From NCBI GenBank assembly GCA_002256025.1, contig NKIB01012322.1:1-64000 (forward strand): 64,000 nt of DNA, given 5' to 3'. The notes beneath the pieces were generated by a model, which saw only the letters and a program-made list of their open reading frames with translations, was not told where the DNA came from and ran no database searches. This stretch comes from Asterionella formosa (taxonomy: Eukaryota). Positions 48,901 through 60,834 of the stretch are shown piece by piece (within the stretch, counting starts at the first letter, position 1; each line of letters starts with the position of its first letter). Both the position numbers and the translations under genes were made by a program.

Positions 48901-49572
48901 AAAATAAATTGTAGAATCATCATTCTATAACTATAGCTATGTGGACAGTAGTCTTTTACATTTTTGTATCTCCTTCTATGATGAATCTCAATATAAGATG
49001 TAGTATCATGTGAGAATTTAAAATGTCAACGAGAACAAGTAGAATGTGTTTGTTTACTGGTTGGTTGGCGAGATTGTAATGCTGCTGGTCGACAAAACGT
49101 ATAAACGGATTTACAATGTGCGCTGTGTGCGGAACCATTACGAGTTCGAATGATTTCTTCTCTGTAAACTCTTAATTTAATGATTATGAACATAGGCTCA
49201 CTGCACATGACGATTACTCAAAGATATATTGATCACTTGACCAACAATTGAAGACGTCGTTATCGCAAACAATCATTCCACTTGTCATCGCTAGAATTTC
49301 GTTGTTGTTGCAAAAATCAGAGTGATGACGGATGGAAATGACGAGCCAAATTACATTACTTCTGCTGGTACATTATCCTACCAAGAAATTCAAATACAGG
49401 AATCTAATAGAATCAATAGATATAATAATTAAATATATGTAGTCAAAAGGGTTACTTTTTAAATTACAAGGGCATTTATCAAAATTATTGGATGATATAA
49501 CAAAAAATGATGATCAGATGATCACAATCTTATGATGCATCATGGAAATATTATAGTTTTTATTTGCAGACA

Positions 49573-50535
49573 GTGTCCACATGCACACGCGACTAACAAA
49601 CTTTGTTGCTAACTCGAATACGGAAAAACGCCCCGATTGGTTTTTCTACGGTTTTCAGCCTAAAATTTATCCTCACCTGATTTAGTTTGGAAGGGTGGGG
49701 TGGGCCATGATTCGGATGCCAAGGCAGAAATTAACCCCAAAGAGTGGTGTCAAATGTGTCATTCTTGGCTACAGCCATGACCACTCCGGTGACACCTACC
49801 GCATGTACAACGTTGCCACAAAAAGGCCTTCAACACAAGAGACCTTAAATGGGCCGACTGGCATGGAAATGCCAAACCCACAGCGGACATGGACGAATTC
49901 ACCACAGACGGATCCGGTATAGATGAGGAATTCGACACTCCTACTAAACCAACCAACGCAATACCTCCTGACAAACAAGGGGCTACTATACTACTACCAA
50001 CGAAACACGACGATCCCAGTGCTCCCAAGGGAGTGAGCTTTGCAGATTCCATCGCAGGTGGAATGAATACGAACGAGCCTCATACAAATAATGCTACGAA
50101 ATCTACAAAGCTCGATCGAGAAATGAATTGGGTGTCTACAGGCTTTGTGACCTCACCTACGCCTACTCGTGCAGGCACACGTCAGCAATCATCCGCAGCA
50201 CATACGCTAATATTGGATGATTATACCAACAAAGAGACCAACGAAAACCTCGAAGAGCACCAAACTAGTGAGGAAGCACACTCAACAAGCCTAGCTTCGG
50301 ACCCAATGGAACCCAAGAGCTACAAGCAGGCACTACTAAGCAACGAAAAAGACGAATGGACCAAGTCAATCAAAGCTGAGATTGAAAACTTCTACTCCCG
50401 CAAAGAGTGGAAATTTCATCCTCGGAAGAACCTAAATGGACGAAAGCCACTTGGAACAAAATGGGTATTTAAGAATAAGAACGAGCACGACAACACTACG
50501 CGCTACAAGGGCCGTATTGTGGTAAAAGGCTATTT
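49573..50535 (+). mobile_element. Ty1/copia retrotransposon, 3' part (integrase C-terminus, start of RT), truncated
   Basis: KCVILGYSHDHSGDTYRMYN, EPKSYKQAL, GTKWVFKNK and RYKGRIVVKGY, then abrupt loss of similarity. Confidence 0.9.
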
Positions 50536-50850
50536 ATGGATGACCATGAGGTTGCTAGCTTTCCTACCAGGAGTACTCCGGCGGACTCGAAATGCATTGC
50601 TTTCATTAGATTTATTCCGACCTGTTGGGGGCAGGGCGATACCTAGTACGAGAGAATTTGCTTAATCTTTTCCTAAGTTAAAGCGAGTTTTACTGGACCT
50701 TCCAGAAACCTATGTATGTACAAGTTGCGGTAATTTTGATGATAATAACAATTTAGCTTTCTTTATCCCATATTAAAATGTTAGTTTAAGCAAAATGACC
50801 GCAACTTGCTGGAAGATTGTGCATACGACAATACCACCTGGTACAAGGTA

Positions 50851-52269
50851 CCAGTAAAAACTGCGATGACCAATTGAGTTAGGGTTTTGTTTGACTTCTC
50901 TGACAAAAGGTAAATTCTATCGAATTTCGGACCTATCTGTTCGATAGTGTCAGAACAGCATTAATCAATCAAGCTGTTGTGTTGAAATTCTAATTGAACG
51001 ATTATATCAGAAGATAAAATGATAATAAAACAGCCAAGAAGTGATTCGAATGCTTTATGGCAGTATATACTTTTTTCTCGATAAATTTATATACATTTTC
51101 GAGGATGGATTAGTTCATGTGTTAAAGCACTTTTATTTCATTATACCTTTTTACTACTAAAACATTTATTCATGATGCTCCTCCAACTTTCAAGTCCAAT
51201 GGTTGGATCATTGCAATCCCATTGGCCTCCGTAATGTGCACCAGTCAGCACGCTTCCCATCGAATTTGACACCTTTCTTTGCCTTAACATGAAGCCAATT
51301 GCGACTCATGAATCCCCTCCAGTACCCTGATCCCACCAGTGGTTTACACACCAATGTTGGATCCTCTCTGAATGAAATGCAATGTTTCTGCCTCCACAGC
51401 ACAATATTTTCCATGATGGATTTACCAGACACAAGTGAGCTAGTAAGTTCCAGCAGTCCCTGCCAACATGTAATTGGGACTCGCATTTTGGAGAGTTGCT
51501 TGGTCAATCAGCACAATAATGTATGGCTCAACTTCGAGCATTGGTGATGTTGAAGCTTCGTTTTTCCCTGGGTTTTTTTCATTTTGCCCAAGATCTCACT
51601 GTTTCTATATTTATTTCAACCAGGAGGAATACCAAGTGCCTCTGTTCTCTATGTTTGTTATTTAGTCGATTCACTATTTCCGGCAATCTATAGAGATGAA
51701 AAATTGACTCCAAATCTCAAATTAAATATATAGTTGACTAGCCTACATGCTCGAGAAGGAGCCAGAACTCTTATAATTTACATTTACTTAAGTTTTGATA
51801 ACAAAACGTGTTATTCTGCATTCAATGGCGGGTCTTGGCAGTTTTTTACTACCGGTAGTGTTGATGGCTGAATGTACTTGTGTGTGATTATGTACCGGTA
51901 TGTACCTGTGGTACCCTGGCACCTGGTACCTGGTACTCTCAGATAAATATGGACACGAAAATTCTTAAAAAAATAAATTTGCGAAAACCAAATGGGGTAA
52001 TCCGTGATCGTAATGGTATATAAAATTATATTCAACTATAAATAAAAAATTAATTACAACTGTGACCCATTACCGGCAAATTTTGTCCACATAAAAGGGT
52101 TCGTATCTCAGTGCCTCGACCTTCAATGAGAATATCGACAGATCCACAACCTGCTGACTCCTTTGGTTAACAAGACCTGGAAGTTTGATTCTCGCAAGCA
52201 TGGAATTGGTCTAGTCGAACTAATCAAACGAATAGGAGAACTCAGTGAGTCACAGGAGTTCTTTACTGG
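50851..52269 (-). mobile_element. pogo-like (Tc1/mariner superfamily) element, internally deleted
   Basis: TA|CCAGTAAAAACTGCGATGACCAATTGAGTT ... AACTCAGTGAGTCACAGGAGTTCTTTACTGG|TA. Internal 51208-51600 encodes a CENP-B-HTH-like fragment GSGYWRGFMSRN..KAKKGVKFDGKRADWCT. Confidence 0.72.
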
Positions 52270-53769
52270 TACCAGGTACACTACAATTATTGGCACATTC
52301 CCGAGAGCCACATAAAGTTTGAGTATATTCCTACGTAGATGGTTACAGGGGGCTCTACAGCATCGGTGCGTGGAAGTTGTGGTAAACGACAGTGCTTACT
52401 ACCAGGTACCTGGTACCGGTGTACAGGAAACTAAGTTAAAGTTCTCATTTACCTCCAACTTCGGAACGTACTCTCTTCTAGTATGGTATAGTATGTACCG
52501 GCAAGAAATATTTATTACTGTGCACACTATCATATATAGTATCGCTACGGTACCTTTTACCAGGTACCAGACTCCAGGTAGCAGGTACAATACGCACATA
52601 GAATCATGATTACTGTATACGTAGACTAGACTACTCCGTTTCAGTGTATGTAGGGTAGGTACCCTGGTACCAGATGATAGTACAAACATCATAGTGCGTG
52701 TACAAAGGTATATGATATATATAGTACTATACAAATAAAATATAGCACTGATGTGGTTTCAAACATCGAGGGAAATATCGACATTCATCATTGCATGGCC
52801 ATAAATATAATTACAAAATTATTTCACTATTAATTTTTTTGCAACAATTGCTCATCATTGGATCTATCAGTACTGGTTTACACACTGATGATTCATAGCT
52901 TTGCTCAAGGTGCATCATGTATTATTATCAAAGTGAAACAGTGGATCCTTCCTGTTGACTAGTCAGCCAGTACTGTCTCTTAAACAAGTACAAGGCCTTC
53001 ATACCAAATTTTTCCCTAGATTCAAAATGAAAACCGAATCTGTTGCCAGGCGCCTCCTCCTCCTTCTCTCCCAAGAATGCCTCAGAGATGACACTCAGTT
53101 TTCAAGTTTTGACTTGGATCAGCATTGCAGTAGTAAATGATCAAGACTTGCAAAGCAGTCATTTACATCCTGCATCCCCTTATCCATTTTTCAGTCACTA
53201 TCATCCCTTCTAATTCAGCGATTGAATACAAAGCACTGAATTGGTTGAAAGATTGGAGTACTTGTTGATCAAACACAAAAAGGTCACTGCGAAATTGCAG
53301 GAGAAGGAATCAAAAACAAGAATTTTTACTCTGCCTCGTGTTGATATTAGGAGGAAGCAGGCTCTACTGTTGCTTGCTATTACTAGGAGAAAGCAGCCAG
53401 CAGGGGATCGATAATTTTAGGTCTATGGTGCACAAAATCATGCACAAAATCATGTCAAGGCAGGAACAAAATATTAAGAACACCATGAAAGGATCAGAAA
53501 TTTTTCATGAAAATCAATGCTGTATGTATGTCGTGCATACTAGCACTACTTTAAGATCTGAAAATATCTTGACAAATAAAGAGATAACAGGACATAGAAC
53601 AATGTTAACATGCCACACAAAGCCGAATCTCTCAGCATTGAGAAGTATGTCAAATGATTCAAAAAAATTGCTTTGCCCTCGGTTTTGACCCAACTTTGTG
53701 TATGGCAACTCATGTGCTGATTTGACAAAGCAGGACAGAGTTTCCAAGTAAACAAGGAGCGAGGAGCAA

Positions 53770-53940
53770 TCAACAATCCACAATCCACAATGCACAAGAA
53801 TGGAAAAGAATGGACAATTTAGTCCATCAATGGACAAGAATGAACAATGGACAATGGACAATGGACAATGGATAATAGATAATGGATAATGGATAATGAA
53901 CAATGAACAATGAACAATCAACAGTCAACAGTCAACAACA
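53770..53940 (+). repeat. 7-bp minisatellite (AATGGAC/AATGGAT/AATGAAC/AATCCAC variants)
   Basis: CAATGGACAATGGACAATGGACAATGGATAATAGATAATGGATAATGGATAATGAACAATGAAC and similar. Confidence 0.9.
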
Positions 53941-54208
53941 GATTGATGTGTCTACCTTTTGTGGAAAATAAGAGAAGGCAAAGATCTGGAATATTTCTTC
54001 AATTTTGTGTTGTGTTGGTCACAATTTTCAACTACTAGTTAATCAATAACTAAAAAATGTATTAGGATTATATATGCTAAAAACCAAAGAGAAAAAGAAG
54101 AACAGAGACGTAGAAAACGAGAAGGCACTATGACAATTCCTGTAGGAAAGGATGTGTTGAGCATACCGGTACACATTATTAGGATGATGTGGTATGTCGA
54201 GCATCAAC

Positions 54209-54417
54209 AGGGGAGGGTGTCAGAATGTGTCTGTTAGGCTGTTGATGTTGACAGGTGTCCGAAGACTAGGTAGTCTGAGGAATGTCTAAACGGAAATAGA
54301 CAGGATTTATATAGCACAAGAATCTGCAGACGAGCGGCGTGAGAAAGATCTTGACCGGTCATTCCAGGGCAGTACTGGAGCGTACTAGAGTACCCGGCAG
54401 CGGCATATATTTCAACA
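54209..54417 (+). mobile_element. polypurine tract plus 3' LTR (54218-54417)
   Basis: AGGGGAGGG immediately followed by TGTCAGAATG...ATTTCAACA; other copies at 166-363 and 20169-20340. Confidence 0.8.
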
Positions 54418-54576
54418 CGACCGTACGTGTCATCTCAAGCAGGCGGCACAAATCTAAGGAGGGCAAAGTACCAGGTAGCATGGTTGACAGCAAGGACCAA
54501 CTTCCGACTTGCCGTTGCCAAACACACCTCACGAACCCAAGTATATTAAATACCGACAACCGTTCCTGTTTTCAAC

Positions 54577-56361
54577 ATGGCAAGCCATGCGACAAAAGAT
54601 TCACATTGTTCGACTTCTGTTCGATCCATAATCCTACTTGCAACGCACATTCTTTGTTGTGTCGTCTACATCCTTCCAATCGTCACTCATCCTTTCCCTG
54701 GAGGTCCGGTGCTTGACGAATCGCACATTGTCTCATCAACCAACGCAGATGTAGCTGGCACCACTCCCCTTAAGAATGTCTTTGTCAATGATTACTGGGG
54801 ACGACCCATGGATTCAACCAGCAGCCACAAATCATGGAGGCCTCTTTCGATTCTTTCTTTTCGATGGCTCAAGGGAGGATCCCTAATTGATACGCTCTCA
54901 GCATATCGGCTCCTGAATATTATTGCGAACGCCGCGACTGCAGAATTCGTATCGATTCTAGCGGCTCAGATATTTCCAGACTTGCCTGAGCTACCTCTCC
55001 GCGTGATTTGCAAGCTTATTTTTGCTCTGCATCCTACTCATGTCGAAGTGACGGTAAATGCTGCCAACCGACCGCACTTGCTTGCGGTCTTGTGCGCGAC
55101 GGCCATGGCGTCGCCCCAATTGGATATATTTTGGGTCATGGTGTTGCAAGTGGCAGGTCTGCTTTGCTCGGAAACCTTTATTTTCCAATTGCCGGCAGTA
55201 TGCTTCACGCTCCTGGTGATCACTTGGAGGCAGCAGGGAAGTCGGCCTTCGGGTGAAGCCATTGCCGAAGCCGTCGTGCCATTACTGCCAAGGGTTGTTG
55301 TCTTGTTCGTTTCAAGTTTAGCATATTTGGCGTTGAGATTTATTCTCGACTGGATATCAATTCCAGAAGGTCTCATTCGACCGGCAGAGAATCCCTTCTT
55401 TCTGCTTCATGGCTGGAATCGAGTTAGAAGTTACAGCTACATTCTCGCAATTCATATATTTAAATCCTTTCAGTTAGATTTTGTGGGCTTATCCCAAGAA
55501 TACGGTTTTGATTGCATCCGAGAATTGCGTCAATGGGCTGATCCGAGGTTTGGAGTGCCAGTTTTGGTAGCTTTGATCATGGTCAATGTTGGGAAGAAGT
55601 GCTGGGATCATGGCATGGAATACAGGTTGCTTTATCTATTGCATTTGAGCTGGTTGCTCACATTATTTCCCATATCTGGTCTGGTCAAGGTTGGAACATT
55701 TGTCAGTGATCGCATTGTTGTGGCTAGTACAGTCCCATACTCAATTTTTTTCGGAGCTTATCTATGCCATTGGGTGATGCAAACTCAAAACCTCAAATTG
55801 AAGCGCAGTAAAGTGGTTCCTATTGTCGTGATGATTATAATCATGTGGTTTCGAGCTCATCAACGATCATTAGCTTGGATGGACTCCTTTGAATTACTGA
55901 GTACATCGTTAAAATCTTGTCCCCGATCAGCCAAGAATCATCTTGAAATAAGTAAGGTGTATTCAGGGAATTTCCGAGATAAATTTGATTTGAAACAAGC
56001 TTTGTACCACTTACAAACAGCAGAGTCCATTGATCCTACCTACTGTGACATCCATCAACAAATGGCTCACATTCACATCCAAATGCAAGAGACAAATAAG
56101 TTTGAGACGAGGCTGGCCAAGGCAATCCTTTGTCCATTCAGTGTTGGTGGAGCCATGGAATTATGGAGACGTTACTGGCAGGTAGCAACTGCATCAGACC
56201 CTGCAGCAAAAAAGAGGATGGATCAATTCCATGCGAAGATTCAGAAAGCTGTTGAGCGACAAACAATTCTTCAAGAACAATACAATGTACCACAGTGGAT
56301 GGGTGCAACACTGGAGGCTGATGATGATCAACTTTATTTTTCTAAAATTTTAAGTTTGTGA
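54577..56361 (+). CDS. TMTC-like protein O-mannosyltransferase (multi-pass membrane, DUF1736-like region, short TPR-like tail)
   Basis: NDYWGRPMDSTSSHKSWRPLSILSFR, FALHPTHVE, ENPF, YGFDCI, LFPISGLVKVGTFVSDR and CPRSAKNH parallel TMTC1-4 motifs. Confidence 0.85.
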   Translation: MASHATKDSHCSTSVRSIILLATHILCCVVYILPIVTHPFPGGPVLDESHIVSSTNADVAGTTPLKNVFVNDYWGRPMDSTSSHKSWRPLSILSFRWLKGGSLIDTLSAYRLLNIIANAATAEFVSILAAQIFPDLPELPLRVICKLIFALHPTHVEVTVNAANRPHLLAVLCATAMASPQLDIFWVMVLQVAGLLCSETFIFQLPAVCFTLLVITWRQQGSRPSGEAIAEAVVPLLPRVVVLFVSSLAYLALRFILDWISIPEGLIRPAENPFFLLHGWNRVRSYSYILAIHIFKSFQLDFVGLSQEYGFDCIRELRQWADPRFGVPVLVALIMVNVGKKCWDHGMEYRLLYLLHLSWLLTLFPISGLVKVGTFVSDRIVVASTVPYSIFFGAYLCHWVMQTQNLKLKRSKVVPIVVMIIIMWFRAHQRSLAWMDSFELLSTSLKSCPRSAKNHLEISKVYSGNFRDKFDLKQALYHLQTAESIDPTYCDIHQQMAHIHIQMQETNKFETRLAKAILCPFSVGGAMELWRRYWQVATASDPAAKKRMDQFHAKIQKAVERQTILQEQYNVPQWMGATLEADDDQLYFSKILSL

Positions 56362-57196
56362 GTTATGAAGATCCCAGTAGTCTACGCTAGCATTGAATAA
56401 ATATATCTCAATATTCAATGCATTGATAGCAACAATGACAAAAATACAGAATATACATTGAATGATATATTGCGGTTGCATGTTACTCGCAAAATTATAG
56501 ATTTGTTGTGCTGGCAATTTCACCTCACTTTTTGGAAGAAGTTCTTTTTGAGCATGTTGTATCTACCAGTATGTATCAGTTACATTTCTTTTGTTTATTG
56601 GGTTTCTGATTTCTTATTGCCACTGTAGCAAGATATTTCAGTAGCAGTCAGGATGCTTTGGGTGAAAGCTGTGCAAAACAACAACAATTCTATAGCTCAA
56701 GGAACCAGCCATATGAAAAATATTGAAGAAACATATGAAGGGTATTGGGTCACATCACAGTGCAGGTTCTGGTGAATACTCCTTCCGTCCGATATTAATT
56801 GCATCGATGATAGAAGTTTCTCCAGAGCCATATGACTCCTAATATTTTCCTCATCTTAATTGCCCTATTGTGCGTCTTGCCCTATTCTACAGATCCACGT
56901 GCGTTTTCGATTTTCTTTTTTGCCCATCTCGAGCAAAATACAGACGATGCATGAGGATTTTTTTCCTCGAACGAACTATTCTCAACATACATACGAAGTA
57001 GGATATTTTCTTTTTTCAGCCATTTGCCTCGTTTTGACGTTTCCGTGTTCTTGACGAATTAATTATTCACATCACTAACAAGTTGTGATACTATCGACTC
57101 AAAGAGAGAGTTGATATCGTTCTCTATTTAGTCGTTTTGAGTGCCTGTCCTGCGTTATGTTGTCAATTTCAGCAAAATGACCGCAACTTGCAGTTA

Positions 57197-57565
57197 CCAG
57201 CAAATTGCGGTGAATAGTCGAAATGACAATTTGGGTATAGCGATGATAATCACCCCTCCCCTGCTGATCCAGGACTTACATAAATATGCTGGTTAGCTCA
57301 GACAACGGTTATTTTTGATTCGTGGCATGATAATTTTGAATACTGTTATGCTGGAATTCGATTCAGCAGGACCTATTTTCGGGTGAAACTCATTCAACTA
57401 ATCCAAGATGCCGCAATTGCAGCATGGCTCGGAAACTGTTTTTTTCAGAAAATCACTCCTTAAAATTAGATTTTAATAAAATTGAAATTACTGGGCCAGC
57501 GCGAAACCGTTGGAAATTTCTAAATGCCAAATTTCAGCTTTGGCAAAATGACCGCAATCTGCAGG
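57197..57565 (+). mobile_element. MITE family B, complete copy (~370 bp) with TA TSD
   Basis: TA|CCAGCAAATTGCGGTG ... AAAATGACCGCAATCTGCAGG|TA. Another right end abuts at 57170-57194, and a ~90-bp mini copy lies at 50721-50812. Confidence 0.7.
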
Positions 57566-60329
57566 TACCAGACAGGTATCATGCTAGGATGAAGCAATGC
57601 ACCGTAACAAAGCAAAGCTGGTGTCTCGTATTCCCACATATACCTATATCCCCTTTTTACTTCTGGTGCAACAGTACCAAATATTTTATGCCTACAGAAA
57701 TAACAGCATATTATTGCTTTCTAGATATTTGTTAAAAAAACTATAATTGTATTCTTGCCAGTCAACATCATGAAGAAACAAGAACAATCGACAACAACCA
57801 CATGAGCGATGCTAATGATATAATTGTATTCTTGCCTGTCACCATCATGAAACAACAATCAACAACAACATTATTAGCGATGATGCCAATGACTTTTGCG
57901 ATGGCGATATCCTTGGCCTGAACATAATTCAATAGTCGAAGCTGCAAGTTGCAAGAAGCTTGTTGTGGCGCGATTGTCAAGCTGAATGCTACAGGCTCAG
58001 GCAGTGCTACTTTAGAGAGAACATTATATTCAGCAAATATGACAAAGGGTTCAGTTGTTGTTTTAGACTCGGCCATTCCAAATTTATTGCCCTTCTTTGA
58101 GGCGCAAGAGTTTTCATGCTTTAATTGGGCTCCTGGTCAGCCTGGTCAGACCAATCTGGTAAAATGTTAGAATAGACTGAATATTTCGTGGCTCATATGT
58201 GACCCTGCAATGTATCTTGATGCGGAAATGTGTTCTCTCTACGCAGTACTCACATGCCAATAGAGCTCGTTTATGTTTTTCGAGCCGCAATGTACAGCCT
58301 TGGTATGGGATTTCCATGCTCGATCATCTTCCAAAAATACCTTACCGCATTAATGGCAAGGGTCGTTTTTCCCTTTTTTTGTGCTCTTTTAAATGCAAGT
58401 GTTGACAAGGGAAGCAGGTTGCTTTGAGCAGCAATGCTTCCACCTTTCTTGCAGAATTCGTGGAAATAAATCTTCATCCTTTGTGGCATTAAATGCTGAG
58501 TAATAATGGAGACAAATTCGAATGCTCTGATGCACATGTTTGCGGAGACACGAAAAAAAGGCTAACTGTTTTGCTGTTACTAAGATATATTTGTGAAATG
58601 TATCTCTGTAAACATTCATGTTGGTTAACAATTTTACAAACTCCCATGCCGCTTGATATATCAACATTACCGCCATGATCAGCGCTTTCAGTAAACGCAT
58701 CAAGCGGCGTGGGACCACACGACTTCGTTTATAAACGACCTATTTAGCATTGATCATGGCAAATCCACGCCTACATGACCAACCAAATCACGTGCAAAAC
58801 CACTTGAGCTTGACAGTCGTAGGGTATTGGGAGTTGACACTGTACAAGGATTACTCAAATAGGGTGCTATAGCAGTTACAATATAGTTGCTGCAACGATT
58901 TCACAACTATCGCTGTGCAATGGACTTCAATTTCATGGTCGTCATGAATGAACTTAACAATGACAACAAGGAGATTGGATGTTGAAATTATTTAACTGTA
59001 TGCATAAAAATTTATTCATGTGTATGTTATTTATGCACAAAATTTTACTTGTGCTAAAATTATGTTGTAGCTACTGGTAACTATGGTGGCTACCAAATGT
59101 AGTTTCAGGATGCAGCCAGCCATGTAATATTTATTGAAGAATATTTCGTACATAACTCTCTATATTGATAAAATGTGGGCCAGCTCCTGCTATTACCGGT
59201 AACTATTTGAAAATGAAATAGTTCGTGGCAATGAGCAAATTATTTTAGCAATGAGCAAATGCTCTGCTGAGTGATGAACAAAAATTTTGTTTAGTGAGCA
59301 AATTGGAGGGTTTATCAAGGAGGGAATGCCAAATCTCTAAGCAAATTTATAATTTGAATTTACTTCGAAGGAACATGGACAGGACGCCAGCCGACTCCAA
59401 TGGTCAGTTGTAGTTGCAAAGCCCTGAAGGCAGGCTGAAACCAAAAAAGTGTGCAGTTGGCGCAATTACAGCACCTTCCTGTACATGTTGCTGTAAATGA
59501 GTACTTTATTTTTATATTCCTTATAGTAAGAACCGTCTTTTACCTGCACTCCCGGTTGTTGTCAAAGATCAAGCAATGGTCGTACACAGTACATAGGAGA
59601 ACTGACGGTATGTACCAACCGGTACTCTGAGCACAAGTTACCTGTTATAGCCCCAGAAGTTAACTTTTGGCGAGAAAGTGCAGAAAGGAACTTCTGCTTT
59701 TAACTAGGCCAAATAGAGTTGGCCAAATCTTGTCTTGGTGATGGCCTGGAGACAACTAATATCTTCAACTGCTGCATTGAATTGACATAAATAAATTCCA
59801 AGTGCAAAGATTAGACAGATAACCATTGAATTGGGATAATCAGGCCTTGAGAATCTTGACTGGTCACCTTTTAAATATTTATCCCTAAAAAACGCTTGTT
59901 ATTTGGTCATCACAACGGCCATTGCAATGGTCATCGCTAGCCTTCTCTTCTCTTTGTTCCTTACTGTGATCTTTTGGATTGCTTGTTCACTGCTGGTTCA
60001 AGAATTGTAACATTGGACTTATAGAATGATCTAATGGTTCCTTGAGGGCACTCATTCCAATTTAGTTTTGAGCAATTTTAATATTGGTTGTCAAGGCAAG
60101 CACCAGCGAACATCTTGAAATTATAAAGCAAAATGCAGAGGACATTTGGTCTGAGAAGGAGGAATGAACCATTACAAGTTTGATGAGCCTCAAAACTTCT
60201 AAGGAAGGTAATTGATGCTAGAATATAATTAATAACATAAATTAGTAAGTGGAAAGGATTAGTAAGTTCAATTATATAGCACCATTATGAATCGTATGTG
60301 GTTGAGAACAAGCACCTTTGCCCTACGGT

Positions 60330-60834
60330 TGTCAGGATTTAACAAGTAGGTTATGGGTAATTATGAGCTTAATGATTAGTGTATCTATATTAGCTCTTAG
60401 TTAAGGGGACTCACAAGGGCCTTAATGAGAAGGATACGTACTAGGCGTCAAGAGTCCATATTACTAGGTGTCATGTTAGTCTACCAGTAGCATTGTTACT
60501 TGCGTCTATTCTAGAGGTACATGTATACCAATAGTTATCACGTAGCATATATAGCTGCGGGTACATAATGCAATATGTACTACGAGCTAAGATAGTATAT
60601 AGCATCACGTACTAATCATGATCAATCCCGTGTACATGTACATGTACTTCATATGGGTACCATGATAGTCGTGTGCATAATATGAAAGGGTACACCTTTC
60701 ATTAGGGTTGACGTGGTATCATACACAGTGTGTATTGTGTAAATCTCTACGGTGAGAGTAAACAAGTACAAGGTCTGTATAGAAGAGCCTATAAGGTTAA
60801 CATTATATAGGACTTAAACCATCTAATATAGTTT
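60330..60834. mobile_element. possible LTR fragment rich in short hairpins, interrupted by the third Plavaka-like element
   Basis: Starts TGTCAGGA; palindromic stems ATGAAAGG..CCTTTCAT, ATACACAGTGTGTAT and GTACATA..TATGTAC. Confidence 0.3.

Larger units (their letters stand above)
38557..49572 (+). mobile_element. Plavaka/CMC(CACTA)-like DNA transposon (outer copy, 11.0 kb including nested insert)
   Basis: Ends CGTCTGCGAATAAAAAAG and TTTTTATTTGCAGACA, with GT duplicated on both sides. Removing it restores copia integrase LWAES|VHMHTRLTNF. Confidence 0.88.

Noticed and set aside
52319..52734. Short ORFs rich in VPGT/YQVP peptides (also 24062-24543, 31363-31557, 36452-36823)
   Set aside because: These are translations of the TACCWGG repeat clusters, not genes.
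53514..53921. 135-aa hydrophobic ORF
   Set aside because: Translation of the 7-bp minisatellite.
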